A stretch of DNA of 64,000 nucleotides from the human T2T-CHM13v2.0 reference genome, Homo sapiens (GCF_009914755.1 NC_060934.1); one strand, 5' to 3'; shown: positions 13,901 through 28,469, counted from the first letter of the stretch. Numbers and translations are program-made. The notes: generated from the letters alone by a model not told the origin.

Positions 13901-15825
13901 TAGAAAGAAAAATACAAAAAATGAAGAAATGAATAGCCAGGGAATTTAGGTACATGCATCAACAATTTTTACTTCTGTGAAAAATATACCAGAAAATGTT
14001 GTGTTATAAAGTGATAGGAGGCTTGGGGGCTTTTTCTGTGCACCACTTTTAATTTCTCATTGTATCAACCTTTGCTTTAGGGCTCCTGGCTGCAGTCAAG
14101 AAGAAAGCTCAGTATTTCCCCTTGTTGACATTTTCTTTTAATCAAAGTATATCTTTTACGTCTTCTTACAAGAGTGGACACTGTTTGGGCACCGCTTTGG
14201 GTTAGAAAGGCAATTTATTTCTCAGTGGTAAACAAATTTGTCAGGCAATCTGGCAGCACAAAATGTCAAAGTGCCCATGTGGAAAGGAAGAGGGAGAGAG
14301 GAGGCTGCTGCAATATTTATTCCATGATGCCGTTTAATTATTGATATGTGGGAGGCCCAAATGTACACGGGCTTTTTAAAGATAATATGGCTGTGCTAGA
14401 GACAAACGTGTTCTGGGAGCTAGGCTATTACTACGCAGAAATCAGCCATTTAGAAGCGCTTTGCTTCTTTCTTCCAAAAACTAAACACTGTTTTGTCCAT
14501 TGTTACTGTAACTGTGAGAAAGAAGAAATGAGTATATAATAACTCATTGTTTTTCAAATTATTCTGAATATATAAATAGATACCTAGGCAAGCTGTTAAT
14601 CATTGTTACCCTTCTTCCCCAGATAAAATACGTGAGGCAGTAATAAGGAATTGATTTGCCACAGGTTAGACTTTGAACCGGGGTTAGAAAATCACATTCA
14701 CCGCCTGCCTAATCAGAGGCTGATTCAGTAGGACAGTGGGTTTTTCATTGTTTTAGCCATCAAACTCTTTGCATAATAAAGTCTCACAAATTGTTAACTA
14801 ATAAAATGATTAGAAGTTGAGTAACTCTGGCCTGAACATGAGGATCTGGGGACAGTCAGCTCAGTCCCTTGCCTGGCAAGTGGGGACAGGTGGCCACATC
14901 TAAAGCCCTGGCAGCCCAAAAACCACTCCTGACCTTGAAGCTGCTGAAGGTCAGAGGGAGGGAGCCAGGAGCTTTCCAAGTAATCGGTCTGGACCCCAAA
15001 TGGTACGGTCTTTTGTTGGCCCCCAACATGAAGTCACTTTCTCCAAGGCCAGTTGGCAATGCCCAGGTGGCTCAGTCAGGGGGAGTCAAGGGTCCCCAGC
15101 AGCTAGAACGGCTCCTGCCACCCAGTCGGCACCCAGGGACCATCTGTCGTGAATAAGCAAATGAACAAGGGCATGCACACTGAAGGAGCAATGTTGGCTG
15201 ACTCCATCACCCATTATGGCATCCGAGCCCGAGGCCCTCTTCTGCCAGTCTGTCCTGTTACTGCTGAAAGAAGGGACATCAGAACTCGATGCCCTACCGG
15301 ACTCTCTCACACTGTGGTATTGAAGCAGGTGTCCTCTCATTTGTCCCCACCGTGGTCTGCTGCTGCAGGCGACACCTTCAGGGAGGTCCAAGTCCACCAT
15401 AGCAGCAGGGCCTGGCTGGGCAAGCCCCTGCCCACAGCTGTCCTCAACAGGTCCCCAGTCCCTGTGCTTGGCCCATGGTGCCATGTTGCAGGTGCTCCTG
15501 CAGGGCCTTCTCTGACACCCACCCTCCCTGCTCTTCCCCGTGAGGACACTGCAGGTGCTCGTTGTCTTGTATCACCATTTGTCACCCACTTTCTTCTGTG
15601 CATTTGGCTTTCAGCAACAGGTCCTAGAAGCAAGAGAGGGAAGGGGATCAGGGAGGCCTGGGGTTCCCTACTGGGTTTCACGTTCTCTACAAAGGAAATA
15701 GGATGTGAGCTGAGCACAGGGTGGGGACGTATAACAGAAGCTGGCTTTAAAGCCAGGAACAGTTAGCTACAAAGAAATCCAGTCGCAGCCAAGGCGGGAG
15801 AAGGGAAGGACAGTGAGAGAAAGCA

Positions 15826-15925
15826 GCACCGGCAAGGAAGGAGGAGAGGGAGGGAGGAGAGGGAGACAGGAAGAAAGGAGAGGGACGATCAGCTGGAGGA
15901 GAGGGGCAGGAAGGGCAGGGGAGGT
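15826..15925. repeat. GA-rich low-complexity tract
   Basis: Near-polypurine ggaggagaggg... tract. Confidence 0.7.
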
Positions 15926-16109
15926 GGCTCTCTCCTTTTGATGGCTGAGAGCCATCTGGGTGGTGGTGCAAATGCTGGGATGTGAAAGGATCATGACACC
16001 AGCTTTTAACTCAGTCCCAGCTGTGGGAGCTGCCTCACTCAGGAAGTCCATGTTTCTCTTCTGCCTTTAAACTCTCCACATTTGCTGGTTACCTTCCCCT
16101 TCCACCCTA

Positions 16110-16976
16110 ACATGCCACCTCCAACATGCACATACATGTGCATATACATAAAACCACACACACATACACACGTGCACACAATAGACACATGCACGCATAT
16201 ACCCATGTGGGCACATATACAACCATATATATACAGAACCACCCATACACACGTGCACACAATAGACACCTGCACACACATACACATGTGGGCACACATG
16301 CAACCATGTACACAACCACACATACGTTCACACAATATACACATACATGCACATGTGGGCACCCATACAACCATGTACACACACAGCCACACGTACACAC
16401 GTGCAAACAATAGACACATGCACATTCATACACATGTGGGCACACATACAACCACATACACAACCACACATACACAGACAATATACACATGCACATACAT
16501 GTGTGTACACATACAATTACAACCACACACATGTGCACACAATACACATGTACATGCATGCACACAAACACCTACACATGTGCACACACATAAACACACA
16601 CATAGTTGCATACAACATTCTCGTGTACATGCATGCATGCATACACATGCATACACACATGTGCACACAACCATGTGCACACTCACACATGTGCACACAC
16701 AATATACACATATACATGCATAAGCACACACATAAACACACACATACATACACACATACACTTGTATACAATATACACATGTACATGCATGCACATGCAA
16801 ATACACATATGTACACACAACACATGCACACACAGGTAAAACATGTGAATGCATGTTCATGCACAGATACACATAAACACACACATGCACAGTACACACA
16901 CATGCAGACATACACGAATACACACACATATACATCCACATATACATATGCACAAATACATACATACACACACACC
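16110..16976. repeat. CA/TA-rich degenerate minisatellite
   Basis: Recurring acacgtgcacacaatagacac...catgtgggcacat...caaccat units decaying to (CA/TA)n. Confidence 0.9.
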
Positions 16977-17389
16977 ATGACATTTAACGATCAAATGGTC
17001 ACACTTCATTCCCGTAAAGGAAGAGAAAAGAAAGTCGAATTCAGAGGTGTTTCTGGATATGGCATTCTGACCACGTGAACAGAAATGGGTCCCTCTGATT
17101 CAGCTGAGGCCTCCCTGGAAGAGCTGAGTGGAAATTCTTCAGAAAGGAATGAGACTTTCCACTCTCCAGCAAGCAGAGCCACTCTCCTGCCTGGCAGTAT
17201 GGTCAGCGCTTCTCCCTCAGCCAGGGCTGGCCCTGCCCACCATGCAGAAGGATCACAGAGGTCCTCAGGTCCTGCTGGCACTGTCAGGGTCACAAGTCAA
17301 GGGCCTGACAAACTCTTTTCCTTCCATGCCTTTCTAGGCTGACAGAGGGCAGCTGGCAGGGCCCCAGGCCAGCTTGGCATTTTAAAGTA

Positions 17390-17478
17390 CAGTCTACTTT
17401 TGGTTATCAGCAGTACTTACGTTCTACAAAGTCACTGCAACTGCTGAATTAGTGAAGAATGAATCACTGCTTCTAGGC
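17390..17478 (+). mobile_element. Tigger-family DNA transposon terminus (MER82-like)
   Basis: ta|cagtc...gttctacaaagtcactgcaactgctgaattag...ttctagg resembles the recalled consensus start. Confidence 0.55.
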
Positions 17479-18001
17479 CAGGCATGCAGATGCCGCATGT
17501 TTACCACTTGAAATTCTAAAGGAAACTGATGCCAGGAGATGCTGCCCGAGGCCTCACAGGGAGTTGGTGGCTCTGCTGGGACAAACACAAGGCCCCTCAG
17601 CCTTGTGTACTTCTACTCTGCTCAGGTACTTCTACTCTGCTGAGCTACTTTCTGTGTCACGTGGTGAGAGGAAAGTGAACTTCAATCAAGGCACTGAGTT
17701 CCCCTGTCTGGGCTCTGCCGCATCCTCTGCTGGGTGACCTTGACAAAGCCCTTGCTTTGTAAATCACTCATCTATTAAAGGTCAAATCTTCAGGCTGGGG
17801 CCTCCTGGGAAAGATGGCCACAGTGACTTCAGAATCAGTGGAAGTCGTCCCGCCACTATGTTTCCCAATGAGCTGGAGAGGTAACCTGAAGAGGAGGCAA
17901 CCGTGTGCCCAGGACTTTCTAAACTACTCCCAGTATGAATGAAGGTCCATGTCTAGAGTGCCTCCCTGTTTTTGCCTCCTTCACAATAGAAATGCTCTTT
18001 G

Positions 18002-19040
18002 GATATACATGGCCAACAAGTATATGAAAAAAACGCTCAACATCACTGATCATTAGAGAAATACAAACCAAAACCACAATAAGACACTGTCTGACACCAG
18101 TCAGAATGGCAATTATGAAAAAGTCAAAAAATAACAGATGTTGGAAAGGTTGTGGAGAAAGCACAGTCTCTTCAAAAAATGATGCTGGGAAAACTGGATA
18201 TTCACATACAGAAGAATGAAACTAAATCCCTACCTCTCAACATATACAAGCAACAAATCAAAATGGACTAATGACTTAAATGCAAGCACAAAAACTATAA
18301 GATTACTACAAGAAAACAGAAGAAAAAGCTTTTTGACTTCAGCCTTGGCAATAATTTTTTTGGATATGGCACCAAAAACACGGGCAACAAAAGCACAAAT
18401 AGAGAACTGAGGCTACATCAAATGAGAACACTTCTGCACAGCAAAGGAAACCATCAACAGAGTGAAAAGGCAACCTACAGAATGGGAGAGAATATTTGCA
18501 AACCACGTATCTGATAAGGGGTTGATATGGTTTGGCTGTGTCCCCATCAAAATCCTCACTTGAATTGTATCTCCCAAAATTCCCACATGTTGTGAGAGGG
18601 ACCCAGGGGGAGGTAAATGAATCATAGAGGCCGGCCTTTGCTGTGCTATTCTCATGATAGTGGATACGTCTCATGAGATCTGATGGGTTTATCAGGGGTT
18701 TCTGCTTTTGCCTCCTCTCCTCCTCTTTCTGTCTTGCCACCACCATGTAAGAAGTGCCTTCTGCCTTCGGCCGTGATTCTGACGCCTCCCCAGCCATGTG
18801 GAACTGTAAGTCCAATTAAACCTCTTTTTCTTCCCAGTCTCAGGTATGTCTTTATCAGCAGTGTGAAAACAGATTAATATAGGGGTTAATATTTAAAATG
18901 TAAGGCTCCCTGGAAGAGCTGCATGGAAATTCTTACACAACTCAATTGAAAAAATTCTCATACAACTCAAATTCTCATACAACTCAATGGCAAGAAAAAA
19001 AAAAATCCCACAAATAGCCAAATTAAAAAAATGAACGAAG
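18002..19040 (+). mobile_element. L1 ORF2 C-terminal fragments (non-collinear), split by THE1A
   Basis: caacatcactgatcattagagaaatacaaaccaaaaccacaat; ttctgcacagcaaaggaaaccatcaacagagtgaaaaggcaacctacagaatgggag. Confidence 0.85.
18523..18881 (+). mobile_element. THE1A-like solo LTR
   Basis: tgatatggtttggctgtgtcccc...taatata; perfect TSD ggggt. Confidence 0.9.
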
Positions 19041-19775
19041 TTCCTCTAAAAACTAAAAAAAGAGTTACCATATGATCCAGCAATCCCACTATGGAGTATA
19101 TACCCAAAAGAAAGGAAATCAATATATAAAAGAGATCTCTGCACTCCTGTGTTTGTTGAAGCTCTATTGACAATCGCCAAGATTTGGAAGCAACCATTAT
19201 TGATTCATCTAGTAACAGATGAATAAATAAAGAAACTGTGGGTCCTTATACACAATGGAGTACTATTCAACCATAAAAAAGAATGAGATTCAGTCATTTG
19301 CAACGACATGAATGGAACCAGAGGTCATGATGTTAAGTGAAGCAGGCCAGGCACAGAAAGACAAACATCGCACGTTCTCACTTATTTGTGGAATTTAAAA
19401 ATAAAAACAATTGAACACATGGAGATAGAGAGTACAAGGATGGTTACCATGGGCTGGGAAGGGTAATGGGGATGGGGGAGGTGGGGATGCTTAATGGGTA
19501 AAAAAAAAAATAGAATCAATAAGACCTAGTATTTGACAGCACAACAGGGTGACTATAGTCAATAATAAGTTAATTGTACATTTTATTAAAATAACTAAAA
19601 GAGTGTAATTGGATTATCTGTAATAAACAAAGGATAAATGCTTGAGGGAATGAACACCCACCCTCCATGACATGATTATTATGCATTGCATGCCTGTATC
19701 AAAACATCTCACACACCTCATAAATATATACACCTACTATGCACCCAAAAAAATTAAAGATTAGAAATTTTTTTA
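19041..19775 (+). mobile_element. L1MA 3' end
   Basis: ttaccatatgatccagcaatcccact...gcacaacagggtgactatagtcaataat...atatacacctactatgcaccc. Confidence 0.85.
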
Positions 19776-19778
19776 AAA

Positions 19779-20210
19779 GCCCATCAATGATAGACTGGAT
19801 AAAGAAAATGTGACATATATATACCATGGAATACTATGCAGCCATAAAAAATAATGAGTTCATGTCCTTTGCAAGGACATGGATGTAGCTGGAAACCATC
19901 ATTCTCAGCAAACTAACACAGGAACAGAAAACCAAACACCACGTGTTCTCACTCATAAGTGGGAGTTGAACAATGAGAACACACAGACACAGGGAGGGGG
20001 ACAACACACACCGGAGTTGGGGGCAAGGCAAGGGAGAGCATTAGGACAAATACCTAATGCATGTGGGGCTTAAAACCTAGATGACAGGTTGATAGGTGCA
20101 GCAAACCACTATGGCACATGTATACCTATGTAACAAACCTGCATATTCTGCACATGTATCCCAGAACTTAAAGTAAAATAAAATTTAAAAAAAAAGAAGA
20201 AAAGTGAAAA
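19779..20210 (+). mobile_element. L1PA 3' end
   Basis: cccatcaatgatagactggataaagaaaatgtg...gtaacaaacctgcatattctgcacatgtatcccagaacttaaag plus A tail. Confidence 0.9.
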
Positions 20211-21915
20211 AAAAAATGAGTAAAGGACCAGACATTTCTGAAAAGGAGGCAAACGGCCGAGAGAGTAGCTTCATTTTGGCAAGGTCTTCTTCCTTCTCAC
20301 AGATAACAGATTACCTCTTCTGTTTCGGAGGTGCAGCTGGAAGAGAAGTAAGGACGTCCTTCTTTCGTGAGCTGGGATCCAGTGACTGTTCAGGGAAATG
20401 GGTGGGTGGCAGATAGGCCCCACTGCAGAGCACAGAGTGGCCAACGTGCCCCAGTCCCACAAGGAGAGAGCAGACTGCAGCCATTAGCTGGCCTGGGCCT
20501 GGGGGCATGATCGTGACAAATCGTCCCACTAGATCCACTCAAAAACTACTTCCTTAAGTTTCCAACCCACAGGTGTTTGAAAGATTCCTTGTCTCACACC
20601 TGCAGCCTGACCCCGTGCCTGGCATATCATGGGCAGGTGACAAGCATTTGTTAAATAAATGTAATAAAGAAAAGATAGGATTTCTGTTACCAGTTCTCCT
20701 GAGAAGCAGTAGCCCTGAGGAATGTATGGTCCTTAGCTCCAAACTGACTCCCAAAGCAGAGTGAATGTATCCAAGGACAAAGTCACAGTTGATTTGAAAA
20801 CTCCCTTTCTGGGTCTGAAATTCCACCCCTCCCTACTTCGGATTCTGTAAGTGTCTCAGACCGATAAGCAGCAGCTGGGGAGAGGCGAAACCTGGAAGCC
20901 GTAACCCACCTGTGCCTGGAAAGTAAGCTACCCAAAAGACACTTGCTTTTAAAATTACATTTGAATCCTCCTTGCATAGTTAATTGGAGCCAATTATTTC
21001 TCTGTCCAGAAGACTGAATGCATTCTCTGAAACCCTTCGGAGGAAAAGTATTCATGTCATGCCCTTTCGTTTCCAACAAAAGATAATTTGCACATGCTCT
21101 TTCCACAGGAGCGTGTCATTTCAACTAAAATCAGCTTCCTTTAAAAAAATCAGAAAAGGAAAATGAAAGGAAAAAAATTAATGAGATATTCAGAAAAAAA
21201 AAAAAAAACCTCATCACCCAGAAAATTTACCAATCCATGTCAAAATGACCATATCCATGGGAACTCTGCACAGAGGATCATTACTGTACTCCCCTCGCCC
21301 ATCACTCTTATATCTTAGAAGACTTCATAAAAATCACTCATCAGACGCTCGTAGTAATCACCACGGGCTGAGTTTACATCCACATTTGAGTCTCAGATGG
21401 GACACAGTCCTGTAAGCCTACAGCGGCATGTTGGTTTATTTATGGCGCCGGGCTTCTTAATGGAATGGATTATTTCCTTGGCGTGATTATGATCAGCGGC
21501 CTCTGGCACCGCATTTATTCGGTCCACACAGCCTGACTATGAAAGAGAATCTCCTAGAGACTACGTTTCCTCCCTACTTCAATATCCGAATTGTTAAAAG
21601 AAAATTGCTGACTTTATGGGTGTAAAGACTTGGCCTAAGTGAAAAATGAATATGGGATATCAAAAGTCAGCTTTCATGAAACTGTAACACGAAAGCAAAA
21701 TGACATCCTTTCTCCTTGCTGCAGAAAGCGAAGAGTAAGAACCGGCACATCAGTATCCTCATAGCAAGAAGTAATGCTAATGCCGCCACCGACATGGTGA
21801 GACGGATTTGCCCCCTTCAAAGCCTTCCGCAGCTCCACTTCCAACACCTGGCCCAAGCCGCCATCTCTCTCACCTGGGCTGCTACAGAGGCTGTTCAAGA
21901 ACCTCCCCTCCCCTG

Positions 21916-23138
<1,223 letters not shown>

Positions 23139-23144
23139 CCTCCC

Positions 23145-23490
23145 ACTCTGACTCTACTCGCCAAAGAGCAGAAAGATGGGTTCTCTACGGATTAAATAAG
23201 CTCACAGCACTCCTGCACTTAAAACCCTCCAGGGGTGTCCTGTGAACTTGGGATGCAATCCAGACTTAGGGTCCTGACAAGTAAGTCCTGTGTGAGCCAG
23301 CTCCTGGCTCTCTCTCCAACCCCATTTCTTCTCTCTCACTGTAGTCCAGACACACAACTTCAAGTTCTCTGCCTCCACTCCCAGGGGACTTCTCCCTCTG
23401 TCCCATGGCTGGCTCCTTCTCATCCTTTTAATCCCCCTATAAACATCCCCTTCCACAGAGACCTCCTGCACCCACCTTGTCTATAGTTAA
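23145..23490 (+). mobile_element. L2 fragment
   Basis: cactcctgcacttaaaaccctcca...cagggg motifs. Confidence 0.6.
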
Positions 23491-23501
23491 GACCCTGTGA
23501 T

Positions 23502-23965
23502 TGAGAGAGGAGACCACTCCTCATATTGTCTTATACTTAATTTCTTGTTTGCTGAAAAGGTAGAAGTTAAAAGAATAGGCAGAAGTGAAATTCACAGTCA
23601 GACAGCCCAGCACCACATTTCAGACCTGGTCATTAAAAGTCAACCCCTGCCCTCACCGCTTGTGGTATCTATAGATTCTAGACACTGCATGAGGAAGCAT
23701 TGTGAAATTCTCTGTTCTTTTCTGTTTCGTTCTGATTACTGGTACATGCAGCCCCCAGTCACGTACCCCTCGCTTGCTCAATCGACCATGACCCCCACTT
23801 CATGCAGCCCCTTTAAACTTGTGAGCCCTTAAAAGGGACAGGAATTACTTATTCAAGAAGCTTGGTTTCTAGGACATGAATCTGCCGATGCTCCCAGGTG
23901 AATAAAGCTCTTTCCTTCCTCAATCCAGTGTCTGAAGGATTTTGTCTATGACTCCTCCTGCTGCA
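23502..23965 (+). mobile_element. LTR2-family (HERV-E/Harlequin) solo LTR
   Basis: tgagagaggagaccactcctcatattgtc...gcccttaaaagggacagg...aataaa...cctgctgca; 4-bp TSD tgat. Confidence 0.9.
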
Positions 23966-24362
23966 TGATGATTATTAACTTTATACATCAACCTGGTTAG
24001 GCTGTGGCACCCAGGTTTCAGTCACATACCAGTCAAGATGTTGCTATGAAGGTGTTTTTAGATATGAAGAATACAATCAGTGAACCTTGAGTAAAGCAGA
24101 AAAATCACCCTCTAAATGTGGGTGGGCCTCATCCAATCAGTTGAAGACCTTCTAAAAAGTCTGAGTTTTCCAGAAAAAGAAGAAATTCTGCCACGAGACT
24201 GTAGCATCCAATCCTGCCTGAGTTTCTGCTGGTCTGCCCGGCAGATTTTGGACTTGCCAGCTTCCAGAGCCATATAACCTCATTCCTTAAAATAAGTCAC
24301 TCTCTCTTCCTCTCCCACCTCTCCCTCTTTATTTTAACCTTCTTTGGTCCTTCACAGAACCT
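23966..24362 (+). mobile_element. MLT2 (ERVL) solo LTR; first bases at 23496-23501 separated by LTR2
   Basis: tgtgat|gattattaactttatacatcaac...gtgggtgggcctcatccaatcagttgaag. Confidence 0.8.
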
Positions 24363-24420
24363 AAAAGTAATGCCATTAAATGTAATGGCAAAAACTACAA
24401 TTACTTTTGCACCAACCTAA
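24363..24420. mobile_element. MADE1 partial
   Basis: aatggcaaaaactacaattacttttgcaccaacctaa. Confidence 0.85.
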
Positions 24421-24479
24421 TACATAGGATGTAATTAAGGTATTCAATGGTTTTAGCTGGGGGGTGTGGGTTAGTTTCA

Positions 24480-25850
24480 TGGCTATTTTAATGTTCTATA
24501 TCCCCCTGCTAGACTGTCAGCCCTCTGAGGACAGGAACTGTGTTTGTCCTGTCCATCTCTGAACCCCAGCTCCTGGCACAGAGCCTGGCTCAGAAGCAGG
24601 GAAAATGCTGACCTCTGAAGCAACCCAGGTAACAGTGCCACAGCCACAGGCCTGGGCTCTGGGGACAGGTAAGAAAGGAAGCAGTGGGGCTCCAGGCACC
24701 TTGGCAAAAAAGGTTGTTCAGGCACAGAGCTCAAGGTGGAGACAGTCTCCAGAATGCAGAGAATAAAAGATAGGCAGCATTTGGACAAGAAACTATAGTC
24801 ACCAGGATGAACATGGCATCACTAGCTGCTGTTCCTCAGAAAGTTACAGCTACCCAACTATTGAGCTAATCCTCTAACTTGTCTCCCTGCTGCTGTCTTT
24901 CCCTGGCTAGTATCTTCTCCAGCCAGCAGTCACACAGAGCCCATTAAAACACTATTAGGTCCCAGCATTCCCTTGCCCTGACACCCTCCAATGGTGTTTC
25001 CATCTGGAGCAGTAAGACTCAAATTCCTTACAACGTCCCTCAAGGCACCACACTCTACTATCTGTGATATGGTTTGATTGTGTCCCCACCCAAATCTCAT
25101 CTTGAATTGTAGCTCCCACAATTCCCACATGTGGTGGGAGGGTCCCCGTGGGAGGCAATGAATCACAGGGGTGGATATTTCCTGTGTTGTTCTCATGATA
25201 GTGAATAAGTCTCATGAGATCTGATGGTTTTATATGCGGGGGGTTCCCTGCACAAGCTCTCTCTCTTTGCCTGCCGCCATCCATGTAAGATGTGACTTGC
25301 TCCTCCTTGCCTCCCACCAGGATTGTGAGGCCTCCCCAGCCATATGGGACTGTAAGTCCATTAAACCTCTTTTTCTTCCCTGTATTGGGTATGTCTTAAT
25401 TGGCAGCATGAAAATGGACTAATACCATCTGTCTCCCTTAAGCTTTTCCTCTCCCTCCCCTCATCTTGCTCCAGGCCCACCAGCTACCCTTCAGGACCTC
25501 TCCAAGCATGCCCCTGACTCAGGCCTCACCTGGAACACTCTCCCTGCTGATACACCTGTACTGCCTTCCTCACTTCCACCCAGTCTTTGTTCACATGTGG
25601 CTGTATCAGAGAGCTCTTCCCTAACCACCCGTCTAAAATGCCAATTCGCCATTGCTCCCTCTCGCCATAAGTCTACCATGTATTTAAAGAGCATTGACCA
25701 CCTTCCTTCACATGCATTTTTTTAGCCAGTCTCTCCTACTTAAAGCTAAATTCCATGAAGCAGGGAGTGTTTTGCCCACTTCTGCATCTCCAACAGGTAG
25801 CACTGTGCCGGACACATTGTAGGTGCTCCGTGGATGTTTATTGAATGAAG
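24480..25850 (+). mobile_element. L2 fragments, split by THE1C
   Basis: gctagactgtcagccctctgaggacagg; cactgtgccggacacattgtaggtgctc...tttattgaatgaa. Confidence 0.6.
25065..25426 (+). mobile_element. THE1C-like solo LTR
   Basis: tgatatggtttg...ggactaatacc; perfect TSD atctg. Confidence 0.9.
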
Positions 25851-26375
25851 AAAGGAAAAATTGGTCCCAGTACCTGGTGTGAGGCTGTGCCTGACTTCCA
25901 GGCAGATAGTGGAAGCTGGCGAGTAGATAGAAGATGACATTGGCAGCATACCTGTCCTGGGAACAGATTACACTTGAGTCAACTAACAATTAGAGAACAA
26001 CATGCAAACCGCCAAGACATGGAAGCAGTACTGAGGTCCTGGGCCTGGATGTGGAGGAACAGGCACTGGGGCAGTGTTGGAAAAGCTCCCCAGTGGTCTC
26101 TACTTCCATCACCATGTCATTAAGGCTGGCTCCACTCTGCAGTGTACCCACACCGAAAACTACCCTCCAATCCGGCACACAGGCAAGCAAGCACTCGCCA
26201 ATCCACAGAGAGCAAAGTGTGGTCCGGAGCAATGTAACCCTCCAAACCTCCTCACACTGCACTTCCCCAGGCATGGCTAAGCCTCTGCATCCATGCTCTA
26301 TACTCTCAGCTTTCACTTGGTCATTTCTAGCTGAATATATATCATCTTTTATAAAAAGAAAAAATGCAATTGCAC

Positions 26376-26670
26376 TTCTTTTTTGAGACAGGTTCTCGTT
26401 CTGTTGCCCAGGCTGGAGTGCAGTGGTACTATTATAGCTCACTATATTCTTGAACTCCTGGGCTCAGGCAATCCTCCTGTCTCAGTCTCCTGAGTAGCTG
26501 AGACTACAGGTGCACACCACTATATTAGGCTAATTTTTTATTTTTATTTTTGTAGAGATGGGGCCTCCCTGTGTTTCCTAGGCTGGTTTCAAACTTCTGG
26601 CCTCAAGTGATCCTCCTTCCTCAGTCTCCCAAAGCACTGGGATTACAGGCCTGAGCCACTGCATCCAGCC
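26376..26670 (-). mobile_element. AluJ
   Basis: Antisense diverged Alu (atagctcacta, ctcaggcaatcctcc). Confidence 0.9.
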
Positions 26671-27281
26671 CCACTGTAACTTTCATTTTCTTCCTTTCAT
26701 TTCCATTGACATTTTTGTCAACCTGGTATTTTATCAAACACAAGTGAAAAAAAGAAGTCAGGCTGTCTAGCCTAAATTCAAATACAGTTCTGCCCTCTAG
26801 GGCACTCACATTTGTGAATTCATGGCTAAGATATCACCAGTGTGGTTTTCTGGGACATGCCCTGTGCTGCCCCCGGGAACAAAAAGCAACAATGAAACTT
26901 GAGCTCCCATGGTTCCTTCCTGGAGCACGTGCTTCCTTTCTCCATCAATGTGAAGGTCATACTTGGCTGGTGTACATGGAGGAAAATAAAGCAGTGGTAT
27001 TTTAAGGATCTGAAGCAAATCAGAACTGAGATCAGCCAGGATTGTAACTAGCTTTGATCCTGGAAGTGGTGGTTTGGACTTCACCCTTTCTGCTTTGTGT
27101 TATCCTAGGTTGTTACCTGGTATTCTTTCCTTAATAAATATGAGAACAGAGAAGGACACAGCCAGAAATTTTCTCCACCACTTAAAGCAGATCTGGCAAA
27201 GATAGATGCATCAAGATACTGCCATCGAGAATGGCATGGCACTGGGTTTGATTTTAAGGCAGAAAATAAATAAAAGTTGAA

Positions 27282-27577
27282 GGCCGGGCATGGTGGCTTA
27301 CACCTGTAATCCCAGTACTTTGGGAGGCTGAGGCAGATGGATAACCTCAGATCAGGAGTTTGAGACCAGCCTGGCCAACATGCCAAAACCCCATCTCTAC
27401 TAAAAATACAAAAATGAGCCAGGTGTGGTGCTGGGCACCTGTAATCTCAGCTACTCAGGAAGCCGAGGCAGGAGAATGATTGAACCCAGGAGGTGGAGGT
27501 TGCGGTGAGCCAAGATCATGCCATGGCACTCCAGCCTGGGCAACAAGAGTGAAACTCTGTCTCAAAAAAAAAAAAAG
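27282..27577 (+). mobile_element. AluS (Sq/Sp-like)
   Basis: Full Alu with caacaagagtgaaactc. Confidence 0.95.
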
Positions 27578-28469
27578 AGACAAAATGTTAAAGACTAGGA
27601 GTGGTTCAAGAAGCAGCAACACCAGCAGAGAGGAATTTTGTGCTTGTTAAAGCAAAGTAAGGAAAGAGATGAATGGAAGGAGCAGTGGATGATGTCATTA
27701 TTTTAGACACACACCTGGAATAAAACTCTGAACAGGTGGATCATTGGTCACCTTATGAAATATTGTTTCAAGCAAGTGGTAGAAACAGATCCAGAGTTGA
27801 GTGGGTTAGGAGGAAATAGGTGTTCAAAAATCGGGGGGAGTATCCATAGGTGTGTTGCCTCTAGATAAGACATAAAAGCTCACATTGGATCAACACACCT
27901 CCTAAAGTGACTGGGAGAAAATAGATACGTTAAAATATCACTTATTTTTAAAAGACCTTGGACTTCTATGGATGCAAAGAGGTCTAAAGGGACTAAATGT
28001 TGGGCGCTTCCTGGGTGACCAGAGACCAGCAGCTACTTTCTCCCCTAGGGCATCTGCTAAGTCTAGAAATCGGCAGATAGAGGATCTGGGAGGACAGAGT
28101 TAAAAACTTTGTTGGCAAATGGAGAAAACAGAGGAGCTTTGAATAGCCCCCAGGAAGTGGCAAGATAGATTGGAATCTGTAGGAAAGCTAATTCTCTCCA
28201 CTCACTATTCTCCCCCACGGGATGTTTTGTGGATTACACAGCAGCAGCCATTGTAGCTGCATGTTAGGGTGTGAACGATGCTAAGAAACAGAAAGATCTC
28301 CACAGCTTCACTGTGCCTAGACAAGAATCCTGCTAAAGGAAAGGACCTATAATTCAAGCAGGATATACTACACTCAAGATGTTTGGGAAACAGACTCAGA
28401 GGTAAATTAAACCTAGCCAAAGCTGCAACCCAGCCCTGGCCCAGCTAGTTCCTGGATAGGCCTCAAGGA

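Noticed and set aside
15149-15766. 205-aa ORF and overlapping ORFs
   Set aside because: Non-ATG start, no recognisable domain, GC-rich region with ORFs open on both strands; consistent with chance.
16039-17078. Long His/Thr- and Cys/Val-rich ORFs (up to 243 aa)
   Set aside because: Translation of the CA/TA minisatellite.
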